A stretch of 62,792 nt of DNA, counting the filler, from Craspedostauros australis (lineage: Eukaryota), in the NCBI GenBank assembly GCA_030167865.1. It is 6 parts of 6 records of this genome, joined end to end, with 100 filler letters (N's around TTAATTAATTAA, not from the genome) between each part and the next. Parts side by side here need not be neighbours in the genome. Positions count along the whole stretch, not along the records: positions 11,765 to 32,062 come from JALAGF010005977.1; 5 more parts are not named here. One strand, 5' to 3'. Shown here in pieces: positions 12,057-22,995 of this stretch (positions within the stretch are counted from its first letter, which is position 1; every line of letters begins with the position of its first letter). A program made the position numbers and the translations under genes. The notes beneath the pieces were generated by a model. The model was not told the DNA's origin. It made no database searches and worked only from the letters and a program-made list of their open reading frames with translations.

Positions 12057-12527
12057 TTACTGCTTCCAAGGCAAATACAGCTCGCCCCTCGATGCAAGGC
12101 GGAAGAGTTCGTAGCTGTAGGATCCAACGAACCCAAGGATGGCAACGCCCGCAAAGATGGGAATGAAGAGATCGCGGTCAGTTTTGGATGAGCTCATCCC
12201 TTCCTCGCCGCCTGATGAGCGCTCCCTCTGCAGCCGCTGCAGCTCGTTGCGGAGCTTCGATGCATCGCTGGAAGCTGTCGGTAGCTTGTCATTTGTTGAC
12301 GATGTCTCGGAGCTGCCCCAACCATCGGCTTCGTCGCTGCCACCATCCGCGTCTTTGATGTTGAATATCGCGGATCCTGCAGAGTGCCGCCCTTCTCTTC
12401 TCTGCTGCTGCGCAGTCAGGCCATGGAATGGTTTGGTGCATTGCTGGTGATGGCACAATGATCGGATTTGGAAGGCTCCCGCTTCAACCATCACGATCGC
12501 AACGACGAGGAACAGCTGGCATGACAT
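12057..12527 (-). CDS. Small putative plastid-targeted protein with a C-terminal TM helix
   Basis: MSCQLFLVVAIVMVEAGA-FQI is a signal peptide with an ASAFAP-like cleavage site (F at +1). C-terminus is DRDLFIPIFAGVAILGFVGSYSYELFRLASRGELYLPWKQ. Confidence 0.7.
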   Translation of the reverse strand: MSCQLFLVVAIVMVEAGAFQIRSLCHHQQCTKPFHGLTAQQQRREGRHSAGSAIFNIKDADGGSDEADGWGSSETSSTNDKLPTASSDASKLRNELQRLQRERSSGGEEGMSSSKTDRDLFIPIFAGVAILGFVGSYSYELFRLASRGELYLPWKQ

Positions 12528-12846
12528 GATCGTGGTGACCAGAATGAGTGGCCTTGCAGTCAGATTCATCAGTCCTTTCCGAGTCTCTCGCTGTCGTTGG
12601 TGATGTTGATGCTGTTGATAATAATGATGACGACGATTGTGGTCGTGATCGTGATGTGTGTGAAGTCGACGGGGGACTTCTGCCGCACACGATTTGCGTC
12701 ATTGTGGATCCAAGACAACATCAGACCAAAATTGGATACATGTACCAAACACAAGGTAGCCAATTCAGATACCTTGAGTACCTCAAACTGAGTCGANNNN
12801 NNNNNNNNNNNNNNNNNNNNNNNNNNNNNNNNNNNNNNNNNNNNNN

Positions 12847-13258
12847 CAGAGTGCCGCCCTTCTCTTCTCTGCTGCTGCGCAGTCAGGCCATGGAATGGTT
12901 TGGCGCATTGCTGGTGATGGCACAATGATCAGATTTGGAAGGCTCCCACTTCAACCATCACGATCGTGACGACGAGGAACAGCTGGCATGACATGATTGT
13001 GGTGACCAGAATGAGTGGCCTTGCAGTCAGATTCATCAGTCCTTTCCGAGTCTCTCGCTGTTGTTGGTGATGTTGATGCTGTTGATGGTGACAATGATGA
13101 TGACGACGATTGTGATGTGTGTCAAGCCAACGGGGGAACTTCTGTCGCACACGATTTGCGTCATCGTGGATCCAAGACAACATCAGACCAAAATTGGATA
13201 CATGTACCAAACACAAGGTAACCAATTCAGATACCTTGAGTATCTCTGTATGAGTCGA
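12847..13258. repeat. Second, diverged copy of 12380-12796 across a 50-N gap (probable alternative haplotype)
   Basis: Same sequence on both sides of the gap at 12797-12846, with SNPs and microsatellite indels. Confidence 0.85.
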
Positions 13259-13621
13259 TACCATCGGACGAAACCGAACACGCGGAAACTTCATGTCTTT
13301 TTACACGCGTCTACGGTTTGGACAGACGGTCAGACGAACCAATCCTGCATACAATCTTGGCAACGTGGCCACAAAATTCATGCAAGAGTTCGGTGGTGAC
13401 GATGGCGACCATGGCCGAGTTTGACTGCGCAGATGCTGCATGCGGTCTCTGACAGTTTTGCCGTTTCCAACAACGCATGCGCACATCAACACAAACACAT
13501 CAAGAACACCATCATCCTCATCATCAGCTTCCGCAACCGCTGTCACCACTGCGAACACTACTACGTTTGGTACCATACACCACTGTTATCATCTGCAATC
13601 CCACCATTGCGCAAGTACCAC

Positions 13622-14428
13622 ATGATGAGCGACGCGGTGGACTCCGTTGGTGACAGCCTCTCACAATTTGAATCCATCACACCGCACACGGCCCTCATCC
13701 TCTTCCTGGTCGTGTTTCTCGGGGCGCAGGTGTTGCTTCGCGTGGACTTCGCACCGTCTGAGATAGGGCAGCATGAGGCAGCCACAGCAGCGCAGAGAAC
13801 GAAGGTAGATGCGGGCAACGATGCATCAGAGACGATAGCGTCAGAGCGTTGCGTCGAAGACGGACGAGCATCGACCGTTCCCTACGTTGCTTCTGCCGCT
13901 CCCATCCATACTCCCACGGAAGACGGTGCAGCGGATCAACCGCACATGGACGATGAGGACTTCGTCGTCGTGTCCAACAGCGACTTGGTGGGCCATGGAT
14001 CGCAGATCCCACCCGCGGTTTCATCGTCATCACTGGGTTTGCGTCAACGAGCCGTGCCGAACAGATCGACCCTTGCTGGATCCGAAGGTGGTGGCACTGT
14101 GAAGGGTCAGGATGCGGTTTCAAATGCTGACGGAGGCACAGAACAGAGCGGCGGTCTCGCCTCATCATCATCGGCGGCTGCTTCGCCTGGTTCTCCAACG
14201 AATGCCGGCGACCGTCCTGTCATTGACCAAGCCCAACAGGATGTCTTGACAACGCAGACAGAGACATCTGATGACGTAGCGACGAATACAATTACTACAA
14301 CAACGACAGTCACCAACAACTGGCGTTGCGCCTGTCAAGGAGGATTCTTACCTCCGGGGATGTTCGGGGGTGCCGAAGCTGTCTTCCGCCTGGGTTCTGG
14401 CGAATGCTTTCACAAGAAGGCGGTTTGA
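13622..14428 (+). CDS. Hypothetical membrane-anchored protein with a Cys-containing C-terminal motif
   Basis: N-terminal TM (ALILFLVVFLGAQVLL), disordered middle, and C-terminal NNWRCACQGGFLPPGMFGGAEAVFRLGSGECFHK. Confidence 0.7.
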   Translation: MMSDAVDSVGDSLSQFESITPHTALILFLVVFLGAQVLLRVDFAPSEIGQHEAATAAQRTKVDAGNDASETIASERCVEDGRASTVPYVASAAPIHTPTEDGAADQPHMDDEDFVVVSNSDLVGHGSQIPPAVSSSSLGLRQRAVPNRSTLAGSEGGGTVKGQDAVSNADGGTEQSGGLASSSSAAASPGSPTNAGDRPVIDQAQQDVLTTQTETSDDVATNTITTTTTVTNNWRCACQGGFLPPGMFGGAEAVFRLGSGECFHKKAV

Positions 14429-16364
14429 TGTGGTTCGTTTCGTCGTCGGGTCGTTGTCCATGAAGAGACTGTCAGTATACTCGTAGCAGTACGTGAGAAG
14501 TGTTCCAATAGGGAGGAAGAAGTTGGAGGTTGAAGGACGGGAAAGAACGACCATCAATGAACGATGCTTCAATGAACGATGCTTCAAAAAGTGCGGCGTT
14601 CGCTTCCGCATTGTCCATCCGCACCCTCTGTCTGTGTGTGCGTTTGAGCGTCGGTATGATGGGTTGATGGCATCGCGTTCCAGACTCATGGGAGGATCAA
14701 CACTCTACTTCTACATGTGGCAATGCTGCCTTTGCTCTCTCCCACCACAAAGCAAGGGCTGGAACGGGAAGACACAAATTGGAGAAGCAGAGAGGAAGCG
14801 AGGTTGGGAAACAATGGACATCGTCAATGGTATCCCTCGCTTCCGGGCTCCGTCCGGTCTTTGTCATCCTTGGGTAAGTTCACCATTCCATGCGTATCTT
14901 CGTCATTGTTTACTTGAGCAGGCGTTGGTGGGGACCTGCTCTCGTTGCTTCCCGTCGCCATCATCGTCGTCGTCTCACCAACACCACGTGCTGCTTCATA
15001 CTCGTACTGTCTCCTTCCTCCCCCGTACAAATCGCAACCACATAACATGCACGCAGACCATCCCAGTTCTGCTGTATGCTATACTACATCGTCTCCCCTG
15101 GCACAGCCGCAACGACGCTCATGAGCTGCCACTTCCAAGTTATTGCGTCCAAGCTGCTGCGCTCGAGCTCCGGAGGAACAGGCGGCGCAAGCAGGAGCGC
15201 AAGCACAAACACAAGCGAACCTGCCCATCCTCTGTTCAACCTTCTTTCAGAGCCGTTCCCAGTCAGCCCTCGCCGTCTCCTCAAATCATACCAAGGCTAC
15301 ACTGGCCAAAACCCTTCCAGAAAGTGAAAGAGATTCAAGGGGACGAGACAACAAGCAAAGCACTTGCCGCCGGCAGAACTTCAGAGCACTCATCATGCTT
15401 TGAATACTGCACAGTTTGCGCGCTCACCTTCCACGGTTGCTCAAACCTACACCAAGGAATTACTCTACGTTCTCTGCTCAATATCGCGCATCTACAATCA
15501 ATCCTTCCCGAGCATTACCAGCAGCCACTAGTAAGTCCATCGTTGCTCCACCTTCACGAGAAGGGACGGTGCGAAGAGGGCGATACTTGGAGAGAGCTGC
15601 GATCTTACTCGTATGCTTCTGCATCGGAGGGAATGTGCGAGCATGCGTCGGTCGAGTGATTTCCATGCCAAGGGAAGTTGAATTCAATTCAATTGAATTC
15701 ATTTCGATTCTGTCGTCCGCATGCTGATAAGACCTGTGAACATTTGCGACGACAATTCTGTCCACAAGCTTGAGCTCACGCACATTCCAATTCGGCGACC
15801 GCCATCCGTTTCCTCTCCATCTTTTTCATTACGCCTCACGATTGTGGAGCGAACATGCACGCGGTACCCAATGCATCACCATTTGATCCGCGATCGACAG
15901 CTGATGCGCCAGCATGCTATGCTTTGTCGGCTCTTCAGCCTGCAGAAGCACTGCATCCTGGACATCCGGTACATCGAGGAAGGATCAAGGAAAGATCAAG
16001 GAGCGCAGGCGACCGCGTGGTTGAGATCATGCTCGCCACGTGAGCCTCATCTTGTTCATTGGGGGCGCTTCATCGACACACACACACACATGTACAGGCG
16101 CTGGCCCTGCTCTTCCATCCGCCTCGCTGCTCATGAAGATGATGGGAAGGCGCAGAGGTGCAATCGCGGCAAGGCAGGACATGTCTATTGTGATCGTGCT
16201 TGCGATTGCATTTGAGCGGACCATTTCACCACTTCGTAGAATAGCATTGATTGGTATACTATCTTCTAAATCGTGTGCGACGGATGCACCGAATTAACGT
16301 GACATGTAAAGTGCGACAGTTGTATTGAGTAGCACGAGGTACGAGTGTGTCGTTTGAGCTTGGT

Positions 16365-17693
16365 TTACACCGACGTGTCTGTGACTTGTCGGATAAGAGG
16401 GTCGGTCATCTTGCAAGCGTCGTCGCTGCTATTGCCGTTGCCGTTGTTACTGTTGTTGTTCGTCATGAAGAATGTCTTTCCTTCGAAGGTGGAAGCAAAG
16501 TCAATGGGATGCAGCGTCTGTTGCTGCTGCGGCTGCTCATTATCATCTTCAAAAATGTCATCCGGGATGACCTGCGTGAGGAAGTTATCGCCCAGCTCCA
16601 TGTCGCAGGACGTCAAGGAGTGTCTGGCCGGCATGCCGAAGGTGTTGTTGCTCAAGACGGACGACAAGTCGAAAGGAGCGTCTTGCATCGCGTCCAGGGA
16701 TGGCATCGATGTGCTGATGGCCATGTCCAGGAGGTTGAGTCGCTTCGTGACTTTGTTGCTGCTGCTGTTGATGACTGTGTTGGTGGCCGTGGCGCTGACC
16801 GTGGCGGTATTCTTTGCCAAGTTCATCTGCTTCCTGCGCTCGAAGACGTCGATTGGCTCGACATCAAAGTCGGCCGTGGCTCTCTCTTGGATGGCGTTGA
16901 TGATGGACTGGTAATAGTTTGGATGCTGCAGCACGACCTTTGACTTCGTGGGTTCTTCGAAGCATCCCTGCTGCTGCTCGAAGGACAAGGGCGCAGTCAC
17001 CTTTGGCTGCTGCCGACGTTCGAGCGGACGCGGCGATGCTTTGTTCGCCGTGTTGGCGTTGTTGAAGTTCTTGACAGCGATCTTGGGGCCCTGCGCTGAT
17101 TCGTGGCGGCTCATACGTTCGCAGAGCAACTTCTGGCCTTGGACGAAGTAGGGGTGGACGAAGGCGCCGCGGTACGGTCCGTCGACGATGCGCGAGAAGT
17201 TCCACATGTTCATCTGGCGCGTGAAGGAGCGGAACTTGGACTGGCCGAAGAAGAGCGGGAGGATCTTTTCGACGAGCTGCTCCGAGTCTCTGACGTAGAC
17301 CGCGCGGCCGTTGTTGACCCAGGACACGATGTTGTCAAGTCCCCACTGCTCAATGTACGACATCATGTCGTGCAGCTTGCCTGGGAACTGCTGCATGGAT
17401 GTTGGTCGGCGGCGTCGCCTGCGTGGTGGCTTCGCGCCGTTCTTCTTGGCCTTGGCGACTTTCTTGTTGGAGCTTTGGGAGGCGACGCTGCTATTGCTGC
17501 TACTGCTGCTGCTGATGGTGGTAGCGTTGCTATCGATGTTGCTGTTGTTGCTGTTGTTGCCGTTGCTGGGAATGTTAAACGCAGCGAGAGACATGTCAAG
17601 GTTGTTGTTGCTGGTGTTGACGATGTTGAAGTCGCAAGTCGGAGCACCCGAGAAGGCGTTGTTGGAGTTGAGGTTGTTGAGGAAAACGGTCAT
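16365..17693 (-). CDS. Heat shock transcription factor (HSF-type DNA-binding domain)
   Basis: FPGKLHDMM...IVSWVNNGRAVYVRD...ILPLFFGQSKFRSFTRQMNMWNFSR...AFVHPYFVQGQKLLCERMSR, with N/S-rich flanks. Confidence 0.93.
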   Translation of the reverse strand: MTVFLNNLNSNNAFSGAPTCDFNIVNTSNNNLDMSLAAFNIPSNGNNSNNSNIDSNATTISSSSSSNSSVASQSSNKKVAKAKKNGAKPPRRRRRRPTSMQQFPGKLHDMMSYIEQWGLDNIVSWVNNGRAVYVRDSEQLVEKILPLFFGQSKFRSFTRQMNMWNFSRIVDGPYRGAFVHPYFVQGQKLLCERMSRHESAQGPKIAVKNFNNANTANKASPRPLERRQQPKVTAPLSFEQQQGCFEEPTKSKVVLQHPNYYQSIINAIQERATADFDVEPIDVFERRKQMNLAKNTATVSATATNTVINSSSNKVTKRLNLLDMAISTSMPSLDAMQDAPFDLSSVLSNNTFGMPARHSLTSCDMELGDNFLTQVIPDDIFEDDNEQPQQQQTLHPIDFASTFEGKTFFMTNNNSNNGNGNSSDDACKMTDPLIRQVTDTSV

Positions 17694-17764
17694 GTTGCTT
17701 GTTGTCGTTTGTGATTGTGATGTGTCGAGAGCACTCGGTGGTAAGACGATTCGTTGGGAGTGGC

Positions 17765-17806
17765 CTTGCTTTGCTTTGCTTTGCTTTGCTTTGCTTTGCT
17801 TTGCTT
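17765..17806. repeat. (TTTGC)n pentanucleotide microsatellite in the HSF 5' region
   Basis: About 8 tandem ctttg/ttgct units read directly from the sequence. Confidence 0.9.
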
Positions 17807-18667
17807 CGTTGTTCTCTTGTGCAGTGCGATTTCGTTTGTGGGGGGAGTGAAATTGTGAGCAGATGGAGGTGATGGGAGGAGTGGTGGTGTTTTCCAGAAA
17901 GAGCGTTGCGATGATACCACCGCAATCTTTCGATACTAAACTCGAGGTTGGTCCTTACTGAGCAGTATCATGGACTCATCATGCAATGTTGGAATGTCTG
18001 CCTGCGATTTCTGCGTTTCCTGCTTACAGCAATCGGCATCAGCCAATCAGAACGCTCCGTTTCAGACAATTTGGAGTGCTGACAGGTGCTCGCCAGCAAA
18101 CGATACTACATCCGAAAGAGGATACTCCGTCGTTTCGCAGCGTTCCGACGGCGATACTATGGCAGCGCATCCGTCGTGACGTCACGACGTCCCCCGAGGT
18201 TGGTCGTAGTCCGTTGTTGCATGAGAGAACGGACCGTTTTTCCCAGCATTGCAATGATTGCGCAGGCACGATCATGGAACGCACAGTTTTTACACACCGA
18301 TGCACAGACACACGTATAATGATTTTCCTATATCGGAATCGTAGATTGGATTGAACACATTTCTCTCGCAGTCTATGAAACGAGGCCAGATGGAGTACTA
18401 TTGCCAAGAGGTGGGCACATCAACGCAAACGTCACAAAAGATCCGCTTCACATGAGATGCCACCAACACATCACATCGCAGTCGATGCGAAGATCCAGAA
18501 CGGGCGTTGGCCACCACCTGCAGAGAGCAAGACATGCAACATGCAACAACACTCAGCTCGTATCATAGGTATTATAGTATACAAATACATCAACTCCAAC
18601 AATCTCACAATCAAGCAACTGTAACAACTCGTGTGATTGCTCTACGTGACCAATCTGTTCTACAAAC

Positions 18668-19588
18668 GTGATGTCCCACACCTGCAGGTTCCCCACTGCT
18701 CTGATGCATCTGCAGCTGCTGCTGCTGCTCGCCATCGTAGCAACAAAGAACGTCGCTGGCTTCGCCGCCCCCGCTCCGGGCAGCGCGCCGTCCATCATCG
18801 TCGGAGGTGGACGCATCGGCGGCCTGCTGAAGGATCTGGGAACAGATGAGGACGTTGTCGTGAAGCGCGGAGAGGGCATTCCAGCCACACCCTCCGAAGG
18901 GCCCATCTACGTCTGCACGCGCAACGACGATCTGGCGAGCGTTGTGGAGGCAACACCGGAAGCCAGACGAAAGGACCTCGTGTTCTTGCAGAACGGCATG
19001 CTGGGCGACTTCATCAAAGGACAGGGCCTCAGCCCGACCGAGGTCACCCAGGCTCTGCTGTACCTCGCCGTGCCCAGCCTGGGCGCCGCCCCGATTGATG
19101 GCAAGACGTCCGTCAACCCGGAGGGTCTCACGAAGGCCAGCGGTCCATGGGCGGAGGAGCTGGCCGCCAAGCTGGCCAAGGGAGACCTGTCCTGCGCCAT
19201 CCCTGCATCGGAGGACGAGTTCCTGAAGGCCGCTTTGGAGAAGCACATCTTCATCTGCGTCACCAACCTCGTGGGACAGGTCAAGGGACGCAGCCTCACC
19301 TTCGGCCAGGTGTACGAGGAGGAGCTCAATGCGGAACGGCAGGCTCTGGTCAAGGAAATAGCGGCGGCAGGTGGCGAGTACGTCGGCGTGCAGCTGGACA
19401 ACATCGACGAGACTGATGCTCGTCTCGTAGCCTACGGGCGATCCGTGGCGGACTTCCCCACCGGAGTGAAGGAGTTTCCTTGGCGCAACGGTTGGTTCCA
19501 TGACATCTCCAAGGCTGCCGTGGAGGCTGGCAAGCCGGATCCTATGCCTCTCCACACTGCCGCCCTCGAGGATCTGGGGTTGTTGTAG
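18668..19588 (+). CDS. Plastid-targeted ketopantoate-reductase-like Rossmann protein (conserved algal/plant family)
   Basis: Signal peptide plus VAG-FAAP cleavage site. Motifs IIVGGGRIG, IYVCTRNDDL, DLVFLQNGML, EKHIFIC and VKEFPWRNGWF. High GC3. Confidence 0.8.
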   Translation: MMSHTCRFPTALMHLQLLLLLAIVATKNVAGFAAPAPGSAPSIIVGGGRIGGLLKDLGTDEDVVVKRGEGIPATPSEGPIYVCTRNDDLASVVEATPEARRKDLVFLQNGMLGDFIKGQGLSPTEVTQALLYLAVPSLGAAPIDGKTSVNPEGLTKASGPWAEELAAKLAKGDLSCAIPASEDEFLKAALEKHIFICVTNLVGQVKGRSLTFGQVYEEELNAERQALVKEIAAAGGEYVGVQLDNIDETDARLVAYGRSVADFPTGVKEFPWRNGWFHDISKAAVEAGKPDPMPLHTAALEDLGLL

Positions 19589-19759
19589 AGCAGACCAGAG
19601 CATAGCAATTGGGCAATTGAGCAGATCTCATATCTACGCGTACGAGTATGGTATGATAATGTTTGACACTGCAAAGAAAGGAAGACGCTAGGCACGAGTA
19701 ATACTGATACTCTAAATACAAACGACGCGGTTACTTGCTGCTGTCATTGATACTGATCT

Positions 19760-21661
19760 TCATGGTGCTTCCCACGTTCCCTTGTCATTTGGGCAGATTC
19801 GAGAACCGGCGATTCTGCTGTACAGCGGAACATGAAAGCCTATTGTGGGCACGCTGTTGCCGCTGCCATTGTTGGTTGCGGCATCAACCTTCCTCATCGG
19901 AATGAAGAACTCAAGCGGAGGACGCGATGCATCCCTGTCATGTGGTACAAGCTTGCGGCTATCCTCCATTTCATTGGCATGTGGTGGGACTACAACATCG
20001 GCGTGCGAGCGGGATACGACAACAAAGTGGCAGGCTCGGCGGGTGCCCCACGTGGGTGGACGTTGCAGCAATGGGAATATCTTGGGGTTGTAGAGGACCT
20101 CCTGCCAGAGTTCCACCTTGGGCGTGGCAGGTGCTACTACCTCATTGGATGTTCGAGCGTCGTCTCTTCTCTGTTGTTGTTGCTGCTGTTGGGGAGTATC
20201 ATGGTCAGCGACATCCCCCGCACCATCGCCCTGAGTACCTGATCCCTCGTCATCGTCATCCTCCTCTGCGCCAGTGTCTGCGTCTGAGTCCTGATCTGAT
20301 GCACGCTTGGCTGCATCGACGGTATCATCCAATGCCTGCCGCAAGAAGACGACGCCAAGCGGATCCGAATGCGTGACGTACGCCGGACCATGGTGGTGGT
20401 GGCCGTTGTGATGAGCATTTGCAACACTGCGATTCGCCTTGACAACATCGCCATGGGCGTAGAACCGATGAAACAGATCGAGGTACCGCAATATGATGGG
20501 ATTGTGCTTCGTGGTGCCAAGGATGGCCTGGAAGAAGTTGCCGGGGTGCTTGGATTGGCGATGCACACGCGCCGTGACGAACTCCGTCCGCGGATGAAGG
20601 ATCGTCCATAGATCATATCGCACGCCCAGATCGACATCGAGGTAGATTCCGCCCGTCTCGTAAAGCGCGCTGCCGCGGCAGATATCACCCTTGAACATCC
20701 CCTTCGTCTCGTTTTGAAAGTGCGGAATGAGGGCGGGGTACACGTTGCGCAGCGATGAGACGCAGTCGTCATCCGTGAGGAAGCGGACCGCAGCGTGGGG
20801 ATGGACGGCAATCGAATGCTGCACGTTCTCCGCCAGCGCGCATTCCTCCTCTCCGTCAGTTTTGGTTTGATAGGTGCAGTTGGATGGTGTGCGAGGGCTG
20901 TGGCTCAGCAGATTGCGATGGTACGTGAGTATCAGAACTCTCGGAATGGCTGTCGGCGGCTCATTGTTTTGCGGTGGTGGTGTGTTCTCAGAGACATCAA
21001 CCATCGCATTCTCCACGAATGTCGTTGGCGTCTGTGCGATTGCTTGTGAGATTCTCTCCTTGTGGGAATGCATGCTTGCATCAACCAGAGCAGATGCAGC
21101 AGCAAGTTCATCGGCCTTGCTTGAGGACGCAGATGTACCGGCAGATGTATCCATCCGCATGAGGACAACCACAGCACAAGCTTGAACGAAGAAGAGCGTA
21201 CCGACGAAGCAGAGAAGCACCATCTGCAAGCGACGCAAATGAGAATGCGGCCCTTGCTTCTGGCTTGCGCTGTTCGAACCCTTTGGATCCTGCATCGCTC
21301 GTGGGGATGGCTGTCTCGCCATCGTTTCTTCGTCTGTGACATGACTTTCAATCCTGCTGCCGCCTTCTTCATGGACATGCCGACGTCTGGTGCTGGTATC
21401 AGAGGTTGATTGAGGCATGGGCGTGCGCCTCTGTCTCTGTCTCCGCGTGTCCATCAGCCTCTCATCGCAGCGAACTCCCTTCATCGATCGATTCTTCGCT
21501 TGTCCATCGATGCCCTGGCTTCCAATGGCATTGTCAATGGGTACGTGTCGGAAAGTAAGCGAATGGTATGATAATGATAGCTTGCTGGTGCTTCCCACTT
21601 TGCTGCACACAAGCTCTCTCTCTGTGATCCTTCTTTGATTGTATGGTACGCGTGCTAACAT
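19760..21661 (-). CDS. DXD-motif glycosyltransferase (GT32/OCH1-like), type II membrane protein; true start likely near 21484-21320
   Basis: Single TM (MVLLCFVGTLFFVQACAVVVL), IPRVLILTY, RFLTDDDC, MFKGDICRGSALYETGGIYLDVD and FFQAILG. Confidence 0.85.
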   Translation of the reverse strand: MLARVPYNQRRITERELVCSKVGSTSKLSLSYHSLTFRHVPIDNAIGSQGIDGQAKNRSMKGVRCDERLMDTRRQRQRRTPMPQSTSDTSTRRRHVHEEGGSRIESHVTDEETMARQPSPRAMQDPKGSNSASQKQGPHSHLRRLQMVLLCFVGTLFFVQACAVVVLMRMDTSAGTSASSSKADELAAASALVDASMHSHKERISQAIAQTPTTFVENAMVDVSENTPPPQNNEPPTAIPRVLILTYHRNLLSHSPRTPSNCTYQTKTDGEEECALAENVQHSIAVHPHAAVRFLTDDDCVSSLRNVYPALIPHFQNETKGMFKGDICRGSALYETGGIYLDVDLGVRYDLWTILHPRTEFVTARVHRQSKHPGNFFQAILGTTKHNPIILRYLDLFHRFYAHGDVVKANRSVANAHHNGHHHHGPAYVTHSDPLGVVFLRQALDDTVDAAKRASDQDSDADTGAEEDDDDEGSGTQGDGAGDVADHDTPQQQQQQQRRDDARTSNEVVAPATPKVELWQEVLYNPKIFPLLQRPPTWGTRRACHFVVVSRSHADVVVPPHANEMEDSRKLVPHDRDASRPPLEFFIPMRKVDAATNNGSGNSVPTIGFHVPLYSRIAGSRICPNDKGTWEAP

Positions 21662-22074
21662 GAATGCTCGCAGTACGTATGCAAACTACCAACAATGGTG
21701 TTCTTTCGTTTGGGTGTCTCGTTGGATGTGGTAAACGGCCTGTTGACTCACACGATTCAAATGATTTCGATGCGACCCGCGATGTCTCTGCGCAGAGAAA
21801 TCAGCTCCGTTCTGCACCAGGTATCATGTACGAGCTATCTCTACTACTTGTGGAGAGTGCGATCTATAATATGAGTCTGGAGATTGGTTGCAATCATGCT
21901 TTTGCAGACAATCAACATACTCCTCCAACACTCCAGAGCACCCAGCTGCACTCCTCAGGCTCAACGTTGATTCGCTGTTTCATTGCTCATGGAGTAGCTC
22001 AGATTCAGCTCGAAGTATGAATTCGTCACATTGCCGCTCAGGGGCCACGAGCACTCAACATACTCTACTGCAGG

Positions 22075-22995
22075 TTATTCGCCAGCGATCTTGCCGAGGC
22101 TGTAATCGCAATTCTTGCCAGCCAGGGTGTCCATCAGCGCGACGAAGTCGGTCGTTGGCTCGCCCTCGCCCACAGGCTTGGACCGCAGATCGAACGACCG
22201 TCCCACGAAGGCCGCTGGCAAGCGCAGGGCCTGCAGCATCACCTCGGCGACATCCTCGCGTGGCACAGAGCGCGACTCGGTCTGATCGATCACATCATCC
22301 ACCCCCACCACGAGCTCGCGTTCGCCGCCCGGTTCGTTCAGCAGACCGCCGGGATGCACGATGGTCCACTTCTTGTCGGAATCCATCAGGTACTTCTCGG
22401 CCTTGCGCTTCCACATCACGATGTTGCCGCCGCTCACGCTGCCGTCCTCGTTGGTCGTGCGGCCGATGGCGTTGAGAGGGTTGGACTCGTCGGAACCTCC
22501 CATCGTTGAGCAGATCACGACGTGCACGCCTGATGGCACGGCGTCGATCTGATTCTTCTGACCGATCCAATCCACCTGTTCGGGCTGTCCGTTGGGGAAG
22601 CCAAATACGGGTCGCCCTTCGTTCATTTCGCCGGTCGGGGCTGGCGTAGCCGATGTGGCGATGCAAAGGGCAACGACGTCGTCGCCGTACTTGGAGACCA
22701 CCGATTGGATGGCCTCCGGGTCCGTCACGTCGCAGACCTCGATGATGTCCGAGGGAAGGCCGGAGTCGACCAACGCCTGCTTCGATGCGTCGCTGCGGCA
22801 GATGCCAATGGGCGCGTACTCCTCGGCGGCCACGAGCTTTCGGAACAGGGAGCCTCCCGTCTTGCCTCCTGCGCCCGTCACGAGCACGACGTTGCTGCCG
22901 TTGTTGGGGGTGGCGAATGCCATGGTACTGCTGGCAACACTCATCACTGTCACCACCATCGACGCCTTCGTCAGAACAGAAGCGATCCTCATCAT
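22075..22995 (-). CDS. Plastid-targeted NAD(P)-binding atypical SDR / epimerase-like protein
   Basis: STMA-FAT cleavage site. Motifs VLVTGAGGKTG, PEQVDWIGQKNQIDA, WKRKAEKYL, WTIVHPGGL and SVPREDVAEV. Confidence 0.9.
   Translation of the reverse strand: MMRIASVLTKASMVVTVMSVASSTMAFATPNNGSNVVLVTGAGGKTGGSLFRKLVAAEEYAPIGICRSDASKQALVDSGLPSDIIEVCDVTDPEAIQSVVSKYGDDVVALCIATSATPAPTGEMNEGRPVFGFPNGQPEQVDWIGQKNQIDAVPSGVHVVICSTMGGSDESNPLNAIGRTTNEDGSVSGGNIVMWKRKAEKYLMDSDKKWTIVHPGGLLNEPGGERELVVGVDDVIDQTESRSVPREDVAEVMLQALRLPAAFVGRSFDLRSKPVGEGEPTTDFVALMDTLAGKNCDYSLGKIAGE

Noticed and set aside
14493..15659. 388-codon ORF
   Set aside because: Non-ATG start, no recognisable domain and non-coding-like composition.
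18611..19603. Long antisense ORFs (18611..19603-, 10450..11496-, 45882..46772+, 40510..41379+, 22592..23335+)
   Set aside because: Shadows of real genes with high GC3 on the opposite strand; no motifs of their own.
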